A DNA stretch of 64,000 bases, from positions 1,601 to 65,600 of the forward strand of contig CAWCXM010000012.1 in assembly GCA_963799505.1 (NCBI GenBank), in the 5' to 3' direction. The translations under genes and the position numbers were made by a program. Positions 45,205-53,864 of the stretch are shown one piece after another. The notes below the pieces were generated by a model. That model was not told the DNA's origin, did not search any database, and saw nothing but the letters and a program-made list of their open reading frames with translations. The DNA comes from an uncultured Alphaproteobacteria bacterium (GTDB lineage Bacteria > Pseudomonadota > Alphaproteobacteria > Rhodobacterales > Rhodobacteraceae). The first letter of the stretch is position 1; the number at the start of each line of letters is the position of its first letter.

Positions 45205-46484
45205 GAGGATTTCAGCTTGGTCAGCTGCGCGGCGGGTTCCTTGGGCGCGGGTGCCTCTCTGACGCTGTCGCCGCGCATCGTCAGGTCCACGTCGCGCAGG
45301 GCATCCACGGCGGCGCGCAATTCGGCCAGGGTGAGCGTATCGGCCAGGTCTGCATCTTCGCGCCCGGACCGGATCGCGGTCTGCGTGATGGCGAGGATGA
45401 AGACCAGCACCGCAGGCAGCAGATCAATGGCGATGGCCCCGGCCCATGAGGGAATGAAATTACCGGCGTAGAGGATCACCGCGTCGGCGCTGGAGATGGG
45501 GGTATATGTCGTCTCGGTCGGGGGCGGCATGGCCATCACGGCCTGCGCCGCGCGTTCCAGCGTGGCGGCGCGCTGGGCCAGCACATCAAGGACGGAGGTG
45601 ATCGTGGCCGTCTGCGCCCCGCGATTCTCTGCCGTGCTTGCGTCAAGTTCCGGCAGCACGACAGAAGCCGCGAGGTCTTGCGCCGCGCGTTCGACGAGGG
45701 CCGCGACGGAGAGTTGGCGCAGTTGCGTGATCAGCCCGGCGAGCCGGACGGAGTTTTCGGAAAACTCGACCGAGCGGACCTCGACCGGGCCGGGTTCGAC
45801 GGTGAGCGCGCGCATCCGGCTGAGGATCTGGTTGCCTTCGACAAAAGCCTGTTCGACCAGCGGGGTCTGGCTGGCGATCTGGGTCTCGAGACTGCTCAGT
45901 TCGGCGGATTTCTGGCGCAAGACGCGAAAGACGGCACCACGGCCCGCGAGGCCGGAAAGGTCTCCGGTTGCTTCCTGCTCGCTCAGGTCTTCAAAGCTTT
46001 GCCGGACGCGGGCGACATCGCGTTCCAGCCCCTGGGCGGAGATGGCGATTTCGTGGGCGCGTTCCAGCGAGGTTTGGTAGTCCTGGACGGTGCGGGCAAG
46101 ATGTTGTTCGACGGCAGCGGAACCGGCAAGGGCGGCGGCGTTGAGCCAGCTTGACATGGCGATGATGGCCAGCGACCCAAGACCCATCGCGCCGATAAGT
46201 CCGGTGCGCGCCCGTGCGCCGCGTACCGCCGGAAAGAGGCGCAGCATATAGGACCAGAAGACGAAGATGCCGACGGACACCGCCACGGAATAGGCGATGG
46301 CGGCAAAGGCGGACATCGCGCCCGTGTTGTCGAGCAGGGAGGACACACCGAGATAGGTATAGATGCCGGAGGCCGTTGCAAGCACGCCCAGAGCCGTTCC
46401 GGTGAAGGTGTCGAGCCAGCCGAGGTGGCCTTCAAGCTCCTGTGCGTATCGCACGCCCCGTGCGTTGGTGTTCTTGTCAGACAT
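45201..46484 (-). CDS. Hypothetical membrane protein with a long central coiled-coil
   Basis: The 427-aa protein has 3-4 N-terminal TM helices, about 200 aa rich in heptad-like A/E/L/Q/R residues, and C-terminal TM helices. It has an ATGA overlap with the downstream ClpP-like gene. Confidence 0.6.
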   Translation of the reverse strand: MSDKNTNARGVRYAQELEGHLGWLDTFTGTALGVLATASGIYTYLGVSSLLDNTGAMSAFAAIAYSVAVSVGIFVFWSYMLRLFPAVRGARARTGLIGAMGLGSLAIIAMSSWLNAAALAGSAAVEQHLARTVQDYQTSLERAHEIAISAQGLERDVARVRQSFEDLSEQEATGDLSGLAGRGAVFRVLRQKSAELSSLETQIASQTPLVEQAFVEGNQILSRMRALTVEPGPVEVRSVEFSENSVRLAGLITQLRQLSVAALVERAAQDLAASVVLPELDASTAENRGAQTATITSVLDVLAQRAATLERAAQAVMAMPPPTETTYTPISSADAVILYAGNFIPSWAGAIAIDLLPAVLVFILAITQTAIRSGREDADLADTLTLAELRAAVDALRDVDLTMRGDSVREAPAPKEPAAQLTKLKSS

Positions 46485-46593
46485 GCGATTTCCCTGCGTC
46501 ACCCGGTTTGTGACAAGATAGGGGTTCACGCAGGAAATACCATTCCATCGCAAAAAGCTTGCATCTGTTCACGAAATGTTCATCTATTTGGGC

Positions 46594-47064
46594 ATGACAT
46601 CCATCGCCTTTCAACCGACCTCGCCGCTTCTGCAACCCGGACAACTGCTGGCCCGTGGCGTGGCGCGGCATCTGGTCAGCCACGGCTTTGCCTGCGTGGA
46701 GGAACTGGTTCCCGCACGGGGATTGCGCGTCGATGTGATGGCGCTGGGCCCGAAAGGCGAGATCTGGGTGGTGGAATGCAAGTCCTCGCGCGCGGATTAC
46801 ATCTCGGACGCGAAATGGCGGGGATACGTCGAATGGGCGGATCGTTTTTTCTGGGCGGTTGATTCGGATTTCCCGACGGAACTGCTGCCGGACGAGACAG
46901 GACTGATCATCGCGGATGCCTATGGCGGAGAGATCATCCGCATGGGGCCGGAAACGAAACTGGCCCCGGCGCGGCGCAAGGTGATGGTGCAGAAATTCGG
47001 CGTCACGGCAGCGCGGCGTCTGCATTTGCTGCGCGATCCCGACATGCTGCCGGAGTGGGACTGA
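46594..47064 (+). CDS. mmcB: MmcB-family DNA repair protein (DUF2161, restriction-endonuclease-like fold)
   Basis: It matches with RVDVMALGPKGEIWVVECKSSRADY...KWRGYVEWADRFFWAV. Confidence 0.75.
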   Translation: MTSIAFQPTSPLLQPGQLLARGVARHLVSHGFACVEELVPARGLRVDVMALGPKGEIWVVECKSSRADYISDAKWRGYVEWADRFFWAVDSDFPTELLPDETGLIIADAYGGEIIRMGPETKLAPARRKVMVQKFGVTAARRLHLLRDPDMLPEWD

Positions 47065-47259
47065 TCAGCGGTTCTTGCGACCGCCTGCGACACGGTTGGC
47101 GGCTGCGGTGATTTCCTCGGCGATCTCGAAGGCTTCCTCGGGCGTGAAATCCATCGGGATTTCGAAACCCTTGCCTTCGACAAAGAGCCGTACCATGCCT
47201 GCATCCGTCGGGCCGATCTGCAGGTTCGCCTCAATATCGCGTTCGTCGTTGATACCCAT
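47065..47259 (-). CDS. Small acidic hypothetical protein (64 aa)
   Basis: It is a clean ATG ORF that abuts the convergent mmcB stop. Confidence 0.5.
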   Translation of the reverse strand: MGINDERDIEANLQIGPTDAGMVRLFVEGKGFEIPMDFTPEEAFEIAEEITAAANRVAGGRKNR

Positions 47260-47339
47260 GCCATCCGTCCTTGATTTTGGAGCATAGCGCTATCCCGCCG
47301 GGGATTGAAAAGCAAGCGGGCATGGACCTATGCTGCGCC

Positions 47340-47822
47340 ATGAGCAGCACCGAGATACGCAGATTTACAGCAGCGGACCGGGATTGGCTGGTGGCCGAAC
47401 ACCGCGACCACTATGCGGCGGCCGAAGGCTTCGACGCGGGATTTGGCGTGCTTGTGGCCTCCATCATCGACGATTTTCTGGCAGATCATGATCCCGCCCG
47501 CGAAGCAGGATTTGTGGCCTGGAAGGAGGGGCAGCGTCTGGGGTCGATCTTTTGCGTGGGTCTGGATCAGGAGACAGCCAAGCTGCGCCTGTTCCTCCTG
47601 ATCGAAAAGGCGCGTGGGACGGGGCTGGGACGGCGGATGCTGGACACCTGCATGGGGTTCGCGCGCGACAGTGGCTACACGCGGATGAAACTCTGGACCC
47701 ACGAATCCCACCGTGCCGCCGGGGCGCTTTATGCCAGAACGGGCTGGACATTGACGTCATCCGAACCTGTCACCTCCTTCGGGCAGGCTTTGGTCGAGCA
47801 GCATTGGGAAATCACCTTGTAG
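47340..47822 (+). CDS. GNAT-family N-acetyltransferase
   Basis: The acetyl-CoA binding motif RGTGLGRRML and a typical GNAT C-terminus YARTGWTL are present. Confidence 0.8.
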   Translation: MSSTEIRRFTAADRDWLVAEHRDHYAAAEGFDAGFGVLVASIIDDFLADHDPAREAGFVAWKEGQRLGSIFCVGLDQETAKLRLFLLIEKARGTGLGRRMLDTCMGFARDSGYTRMKLWTHESHRAAGALYARTGWTLTSSEPVTSFGQALVEQHWEITL

Positions 47823-47888
47823 GTCGGGTAATTCGTCGGGCCTTTGGTCTTGCAATCTGCGGCACCGGCAGCTAAATCGCTTGCGTGT

Positions 47889-47965
47889 GCCGCCTTAGCT
47901 CAGTTGGTTAGAGCACTGGTTTGTGGAACCAGGGGTCCCCCGTTCAAGCCGGGGAGGCGGTACCA
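47889..47965 (+). tRNA. tRNA-His (anticodon GTG) without an encoded G-1; G1:U72, A73, encoded CCA
   Basis: The cloverleaf folds by hand as acceptor GCCGCCT/AGGCGGT, D stem GCTC/GAGC and anticodon stem CTGGT/ACCAG with loop TTGTGGA. The T stem is CCCCG/CGGGG with loop TTCAAGC, and the 3' end is ACCA. The base at -1 is T. Confidence 0.9.
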
Positions 47966-48075
47966 CTTTTCCACAAGATCGCAGATTGTTGGAAAGTGTC
48001 GGGTGAGTGTCCTTTTGCAGAAAAGGTATGGCCCGACCGGATGTGTTCACAGGATACGCCAGACCCTTTTTCACC

Positions 48076-48140
48076 CGCGCTGGGGCTCTGCCCCGTCGGC
48101 AAAGCCGACTCCCCGGAGGTGTATTGGAAAGATGAAGCTG
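48076..48140. repeat. GC-rich intergenic REP-like element, second copy
   Basis: gcgctggggctctgccccg...ccccggaggtgtattggaaagatgaag shares its motif blocks with 581-655. Confidence 0.45.
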
Positions 48141-48142
48141 GG

Positions 48143-48427
48143 TCAGTCGATCTGAATGGTTTGACGCAATGTGCCGGAAAGCCTGTCGTAGACGAGGATC
48201 TGGTCGCTGTCCGTCACGACCGCGTACCAATCGACACTTTGCGTGAACGCCTGCGCCTTGACCCCCGCAGGCAGGGCGATCTGATCAGGCAGCAGCAGCG
48301 TGTCGCGGTTCAGGCGCGTGACAAGCAGGCCGATCACCACTAGAACCCCGCAAATCATCACGGCGGTCAGCACCGTCACCAACCGCCGCAGGAACCGCAG
48401 GTTTGCCGGCTCAATCGGATCATCCAT
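48143..48427 (-). CDS. Small single-TM hypothetical protein (94 aa)
   Basis: MDDPIEPANLRFLRRLVTVLTAVMICGVLVVIGLLV is followed by a short soluble domain. Confidence 0.5.
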   Translation of the reverse strand: MDDPIEPANLRFLRRLVTVLTAVMICGVLVVIGLLVTRLNRDTLLLPDQIALPAGVKAQAFTQSVDWYAVVTDSDQILVYDRLSGTLRQTIQID

Positions 48428-49460
48428 GTCAGTCCACCGCACCGTTACATTTACCTTCGGCGAAGCGCCGCCGCCCCGTCTTGATAAGGCGCTGGCGCGG
48501 GATGTGCCAGAGGAGGCGAACCTGTCGCGCACGCGGCTGGGCAAGCTGATCGAACAGGGCGCGGTGCGGATCGCGGGTCAGGTGGTGCGCGACCCCCGGG
48601 CGAATGTGAGCGAGGGGCAGGTGGTCGAGGTCGAGATCGAGGAAGCCGAGGAAAGCCATATCAAGCCCGAGAATATCCCGTTGGAGGTGGTGTTCGAGGA
48701 TGACGATCTGGTGGTGATCAACAAGCCTGCGGGCATGGTGGTGCATCCGGCCCCCGGTACGCCGTCTGGCACGCTGGTCAATGCGCTGATGGCCCATTGC
48801 GGGGATAACCTGTCCGGCGTGGGGGGCATGAAGCGGCCCGGCATCGTGCACCGGATCGACAAGGACACCAGTGGGTTGCTGGTTGTCGCCAAGTCCGATG
48901 CGGCGCATCACGGGCTGGCCAAACAGTTCGAGAAACACACGGTCGAGCGCTATTACAAGGCGCTGGTCTATGGCGTGCCGGATGCCAACGATCCGCGACT
49001 GCGCGGCATCAGGGGTGCATCCTTCGAGCCCGGCAATATCCTGAAGATGACCACGCAACTGGCGCGCCATCGCACCGACAGGCAGCGGCAGGCGGTGCTG
49101 TTCACCGGTGGCAGGCACGCTGTGACGCGGGCACGCACGGTGGAAAGCTTCGGCACGCCGCCGGTGCTGGCGCTGATGGAATGTTGGCTGGAAACCGGAC
49201 GAACCCACCAGATCAGGGTGCACATGGCCCACGCGGGGCATGCGTTGGTGGGGGATCCGACCTATGGCGGCCGGCGAAAACTGCCGAAGGCGGCCTTGCC
49301 TGACATCGCGGCGGAGGCGGTCAGGGCCTTTGACAGACAGGCGCTGCACGCGGCCGTTCTTGGGTTCGAACATCCGGTATCGGGCGAAAACGTGCGATTC
49401 GAGGCGCAACTGCCCGAAGACATGGTCGAACTTCTTGAAAAAGTGCGGCTTGCTGTGTGA
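48426..49460 (+). CDS. rluD: RluA-family 23S rRNA pseudouridine synthase, RluD-like with an S4 domain
   Basis: The catalytic motif GIVHRIDKDTSGLLVVAK and the motif THQIRVH are present. Confidence 0.85.
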   Translation: MSVHRTVTFTFGEAPPPRLDKALARDVPEEANLSRTRLGKLIEQGAVRIAGQVVRDPRANVSEGQVVEVEIEEAEESHIKPENIPLEVVFEDDDLVVINKPAGMVVHPAPGTPSGTLVNALMAHCGDNLSGVGGMKRPGIVHRIDKDTSGLLVVAKSDAAHHGLAKQFEKHTVERYYKALVYGVPDANDPRLRGIRGASFEPGNILKMTTQLARHRTDRQRQAVLFTGGRHAVTRARTVESFGTPPVLALMECWLETGRTHQIRVHMAHAGHALVGDPTYGGRRKLPKAALPDIAAEAVRAFDRQALHAAVLGFEHPVSGENVRFEAQLPEDMVELLEKVRLAV

Positions 49461-49624
49461 ATTAAAGGCAACCCGCCGCGCGATCTGACATCGTTTAACG
49501 CGATGTTCACATTTCCTCCACCATGGTGAACAAAACCGACACCCAAAGTCTTGTATATGGAGAGGTCGCTCACCATATGGATGTTAAGCCCGTAAACATC
49601 GGGAATTCAGGGAAAGGGAAAATC

Positions 49625-50521
49625 ATGGCCAATTACGCAAATCTGCCGGCACCGACGCCGGAAGGTGGTCTGAACCGCTACATGCAGGAAATCCGGAAGT
49701 TCCCGCTTCTGGAGCCTGAGGAAGAATACATGCTCGCCAAAGCCTGGGTCGAGCAGGAAGACACCGAAGCGGCCCACAAGATGGTGACGTCACACCTGCG
49801 CCTCGCGGCCAAGATCGCGATGGGATACCGCGGCTATGGATTGCCGCAGGCGGAGGTGATTTCGGAAGCGAATGTCGGTCTCATGCAGGCGGTCAAACGC
49901 TTCGATCCGGAAAAAGGGTTCCGGCTGGCGACCTATGCGATGTGGTGGATCAGGGCGTCGATCCAGGAATACATCCTGCGGTCCTGGTCGCTGGTCAAGC
50001 TGGGCACGACCTCTGGGCAGAAGAAGCTTTTCTTCAACCTGCGCAAGGCCAAGAACAAGATCGGCGCGCTGGAAGAGGGTGATCTGCGCCCCGAAAACGT
50101 GAAGACCATCGCGACGCAACTGGGCGTGACCGAGGCGGAAGTCATCTCGATGAACCGGCGCATGTCGGGCGGGGATGCGTCTTTGAACGCGCAGGTCGGT
50201 TCCGAAGGCGAAGGCACGATGCAATGGCAGGACTGGCTTGAGGACGAAGACGCCGATCAGGCCGGTGATTACGCGGAACGCGACGAGCTTGAGACCCGTC
50301 GCGAGATGCTGGCCGATGCGATGGACGTGCTGAACGAGCGGGAGCGGGATATCCTGAGCCAGCGTCGGTTGAGCGACGAGACCATCACGCTGGAAGATCT
50401 GAGCGCGAAATATGACGTCAGTCGCGAGCGGATCCGCCAGATCGAGGTACGGGCGTTCGAAAAGCTGCAAAAGCGGATGCGCGATCTTGCGAAGGAGAAA
50501 GGCATGTTGGCCACGGCCTGA
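49625..50521 (+). CDS. rpoH: Heat-shock sigma factor RpoH (sigma-32)
   Basis: The RpoH box GQKKLFFNLRKAK is present, along with regions 2 and 4 (ATYAMWWIRASIQEY and [10 protein letters not shown]). Confidence 0.9.
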   Translation: MANYANLPAPTPEGGLNRYMQEIRKFPLLEPEEEYMLAKAWVEQEDTEAAHKMVTSHLRLAAKIAMGYRGYGLPQAEVISEANVGLMQAVKRFDPEKGFRLATYAMWWIRASIQEYILRSWSLVKLGTTSGQKKLFFNLRKAKNKIGALEEGDLRPENVKTIATQLGVTEAEVISMNRRMSGGDASLNAQVGSEGEGTMQWQDWLEDEDADQAGDYAERDELETRREMLADAMDVLNERERDILSQRRLSDETITLEDLSAKYDVSRERIRQIEVRAFEKLQKRMRDLAKEKGMLATA

Positions 50522-50548
50522 CCTGCCCTCCGACTTGACGGAACGCAG

Positions 50549-50579
50549 ACCCTGCCCGCATCATCGGGCAGGGTTTTTT
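50549..50579 (+). terminator. Rho-independent terminator after rpoH
   Basis: The perfect 10-bp stem accctgcccg/cgggcagggt has loop catcat and is followed by TTTTT. Confidence 0.8.
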
Positions 50580-50597
50580 CATGGAAAGGATCACCAC

Positions 50598-50867
50598 ATG
50601 GCCGGTGGATGGGCAAAGGACGGCGCTGTGTCCGAACAGATCGAAGCGTCGATCAACGATGAACTGGCGCGGCTGAAGTCGCGCAAGTCCCTTGTGGGTG
50701 AAAGTCTGACCCATTGCGCCGAATGTGAGGAGCCCATCCCGCAGGCGCGGCGCGACGCGCTTCCGGGCGTCAAACTGTGCATTGATTGTGTGCGCGAGCG
50801 CGACAGGAAGGTCGAATTTCGGGGCGGGATCAACCGGCGCGGCTCGAAAGACAGTCAGTTGAAGTAG
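50598..50867 (+). CDS. DksA/TraR-family C4-type zinc-finger protein
   Basis: The pattern CAECEEPIPQARRDALPGVKLCIDC is present. The protein is 89 aa. Confidence 0.8.
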   Translation: MAGGWAKDGAVSEQIEASINDELARLKSRKSLVGESLTHCAECEEPIPQARRDALPGVKLCIDCVRERDRKVEFRGGINRRGSKDSQLK

Positions 50868-50956
50868 TTTTGATGCGGCTTTCGTGATAGGCTGATGGTC
50901 ATTCAATACCTCCCTCAGCCGCCGTGTCGGGTGGCATCCTTGCTTGAGGATCTGTT

Positions 50957-51985
50957 TTGCGCGACCGTCTGACATTTTTTGCAACCGTGTTTTTGGTGTT
51001 CGGCCAGATGGCTGCTGCCGGTCCGGCCTGTGAGGCGCATCCGGGCTTCACCGCCATCGACGCCTCTCATCCGATGACCGAACTCACGCCGAGGGGCGGG
51101 GTGCCCGGGCTGACGGCTTTGCGGCAGATGGGTGTCGATACGATCATCCGGTATTACGACAATGTGGCCGAAACGCTGCCTTGCAAGACGCTGGTGCCCG
51201 AAGAAACCCGCGCAATTCTGGACGCGGGTTTCAGCGTCCTTGCGGTGTTTCAGCACAACAATGACAATCCCTTGACGTTCGTCACGCCGGGGCGGGCCAC
51301 CCTGGATGCGCAGCGGGCGATCGAACTGGCGCTGGCGAACGGCCAACCCAGCGGATCGGCAATCTATTTTGGTGTCGATGGGGTGGATGGTGCGCTGGAA
51401 TCGGCCAATTACGAATATGCCAAAAGCGCCGGCGGCCCGATCAGCCCATCGCGGGAGGCGACGCTGAAGACCAGCATGGGGGCAGGGGCCTACCGCAAGC
51501 ACAAGGAGTTCTACGATATCTACCTTCAGGACGGGACACGGCATTTCGGCGGCACCTTGGGCAAACATGGGCCGAACGACATCCTGCCCCATATCGAAAG
51601 CTATTTCCGGGAGTTGAAAGGCATCTTTGAGAGGTTCGGCGACCAGACCGGCCTGCGTTTCAAGCTGGGTGCCTATGGGGGCGGGCTGGTGTGCGAGCAT
51701 CTGATGCGGCAGGGCCTGGCCGAATACTGCTGGCTGTCGCAATCAAAGGGGCTGGCGGGGTATGCCGCGTTTGACGCATCGAACCGATGGGTCATGCGGC
51801 AAGAACTGACGACGGTCTGCAAAGGCTGGAAGTTTCGCACGGGCGGCGATTTCCAGTTTGATTTCAATACGGTGAACCCGCGTACGCCAGATTTTGGCCA
51901 ATGGAACACGCAGACCGACTACGCCATCCCGTTCAGCAGGCCGCTGAAACGGGACGGCGTGGGGTGCTATGCCTGGAGCGATTAA
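50957..51985 (+). CDS. Secreted DUF1906 / glycoside-hydrolase-like domain protein
   Basis: It has a signal peptide (TTG start in the ORF track). IIRYY...AGFSVLAVFQ...AIYFGVDG resembles the Rv2525c-like GH-fold family. The assignment is tentative. Confidence 0.45.
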   Translation: MRDRLTFFATVFLVFGQMAAAGPACEAHPGFTAIDASHPMTELTPRGGVPGLTALRQMGVDTIIRYYDNVAETLPCKTLVPEETRAILDAGFSVLAVFQHNNDNPLTFVTPGRATLDAQRAIELALANGQPSGSAIYFGVDGVDGALESANYEYAKSAGGPISPSREATLKTSMGAGAYRKHKEFYDIYLQDGTRHFGGTLGKHGPNDILPHIESYFRELKGIFERFGDQTGLRFKLGAYGGGLVCEHLMRQGLAEYCWLSQSKGLAGYAAFDASNRWVMRQELTTVCKGWKFRTGGDFQFDFNTVNPRTPDFGQWNTQTDYAIPFSRPLKRDGVGCYAWSD

Positions 51986-53802
51986 TCCTCCATCGCTTCC
52001 AATTCGTCGATGAAGCCCGAGATCATCGACAATCCCTTGTCCCAGAAGGCCGGGTCCGAGGCATCGAGGCCGAAGGGCGCCAGCAATTCCTTGTGGTGCT
52101 TTGATCCGCCAGCCTTGAGCATGTCGAAGTATTTGTCTTCGAACCCCGGCTCACCTTCGGCATAGACCGCATAGAGCGCGTTCACCAATCCGTCGCCAAA
52201 GGCATAGGCATAGACATAGAAGGGCGAGTGGACGAAGTGGGGGATGTAGGCCCAGAAGGTTTCGTATCCATCCATGAATTCAAAGGCCGGTCCCAGCGAT
52301 TCCGCCTGCACCGACATCCAGAGCGCGTTGATGTCATCGGGGGTCAGTTCGCCGCCGCGCCGCGCGGCGTGAAGCTTGCATTCAAAGTCATAAAAGGCGA
52401 TCTGGCGCACGACCGTGTTGATCATGTCCTCGACCTTGCCGGCCAGCAGCACCTTGCGTTCCGCGTCGGATTTGGCCCCGTCCAGCATCTTGCGGAAGGT
52501 CAGCATTTCTCCGAAAACACTTGCCGTTTCCGCCAGCGTCAGCGGCGTCGATGACAGCATCTCGCCCTGGCCAGCGGCCAGCACCTGGTGCACGCCGTGA
52601 CCAAGTTCGTGCGCCAGGGTCATGACATCGCGGGGTTTTCCCAGATAGTTCAGCATCACGTAAGGATGCACGTCCGTCACGGTGGGATGGGCAAAGGCAC
52701 CGGGGGCCTTTCCGGGTTTCACGGCGGCATCAATCCAGCCCTTGTTGAAAAACGGCTTGGCCAATTCGCCCATGCGCGGATCGAAGGCGTTGTAGGCGTC
52801 CATCACCGTGCGTTCGGCGGTGGGCCAGTCTACCAGCTTGGGGTCTTCCAGCGGCAGCGGCGCGTTGCGGTCCCAGACCTGCATCACATCCAGCCCCAGC
52901 CACTTGCGCTTCAACTCGTAATAGCGGTGAGAGAGCTTCGGATAGGCCTTGACCACCGCGTCGCGCAGCGCCTCGACCACCTCGGGCTCCACCTGATTGC
53001 TCAGATGGCGGCCCGTCTGTGCGGTCTCCATCCCGCGCCAGCGGTCGATGATTTCCTTTTCCTTGGCCTGGGTGTTGTGGATGCGGGCGAAGGTCTTGAT
53101 ATTGCTGGTGAAGACTTCCGCCAATTCGCGCGCGCCTGCCTCGCGGTTGGACCGGTCCGGGTCGGTCAGCAGGTTCAGCGTGCCTTCGATGCCCAGCGTT
53201 TCGCCGTTCACGTCGAATTGCAGGCCCGCGATGGTTTCATCAAACATCCGCTCCCAGGCGTCGCCGACGACGCCCAGATCGTGCATGAACTTCTCAAGCT
53301 CGTCGGACAGCTGATAGGGTTTCATCGCGCGGATGCGGTCGAAGATCGGCTTGTAGCGGGCCAGATCGTTGTTCTGATCCAGCAGCTTTGCCAGATGGTC
53401 GTCGGGCAGCTTGTTCAATTCGAGGGTGAAGAACACCAAGGGTGTGGTGAAGTTGGTGATCTTTTCCTGCATGTCCGACATGAATTTGGCGCGGCCCGAA
53501 TCCGTGGTCAGCTGGTAATAGCGCAAACCAGCGAAGGACATGATCCGCCCGGCAATCTGATTGATCCGTTCGTTGCGCAGCACGCAGTCCAGCAACCCGG
53601 CGGCGTCCAGACCGGCAAGCTTGCCCTCGTAATCGGCGGCGAAGCTGGCGCAGGCGTCCTCGAGCCAGTCCAGATCGCGCTTGAGTTCCGGCGCGTCCTC
53701 ACCGGTGTACAGGTCACTCAGATCCCATTCCGGCAGGTCGCCAAGGTTCTTGTTGCCGCCACCGGCATTGGCGTCACGGACGGGGAAGGGAAGCTGGAAC
53801 AT
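51982..53802 (-). CDS. pepF: M3-family oligoendopeptidase F
   Basis: The zinc motif HELGHGVH is present. The protein is 606 aa. Confidence 0.9.
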   Translation of the reverse strand: MFQLPFPVRDANAGGGNKNLGDLPEWDLSDLYTGEDAPELKRDLDWLEDACASFAADYEGKLAGLDAAGLLDCVLRNERINQIAGRIMSFAGLRYYQLTTDSGRAKFMSDMQEKITNFTTPLVFFTLELNKLPDDHLAKLLDQNNDLARYKPIFDRIRAMKPYQLSDELEKFMHDLGVVGDAWERMFDETIAGLQFDVNGETLGIEGTLNLLTDPDRSNREAGARELAEVFTSNIKTFARIHNTQAKEKEIIDRWRGMETAQTGRHLSNQVEPEVVEALRDAVVKAYPKLSHRYYELKRKWLGLDVMQVWDRNAPLPLEDPKLVDWPTAERTVMDAYNAFDPRMGELAKPFFNKGWIDAAVKPGKAPGAFAHPTVTDVHPYVMLNYLGKPRDVMTLAHELGHGVHQVLAAGQGEMLSSTPLTLAETASVFGEMLTFRKMLDGAKSDAERKVLLAGKVEDMINTVVRQIAFYDFECKLHAARRGGELTPDDINALWMSVQAESLGPAFEFMDGYETFWAYIPHFVHSPFYVYAYAFGDGLVNALYAVYAEGEPGFEDKYFDMLKAGGSKHHKELLAPFGLDASDPAFWDKGLSMISGFIDELEAMED

Positions 53803-53864
53803 GGGACATCCTTAATTCTGTTTCGCAATATCTATGCGCGCCGGCGGGCAGGGACAACCACCGC

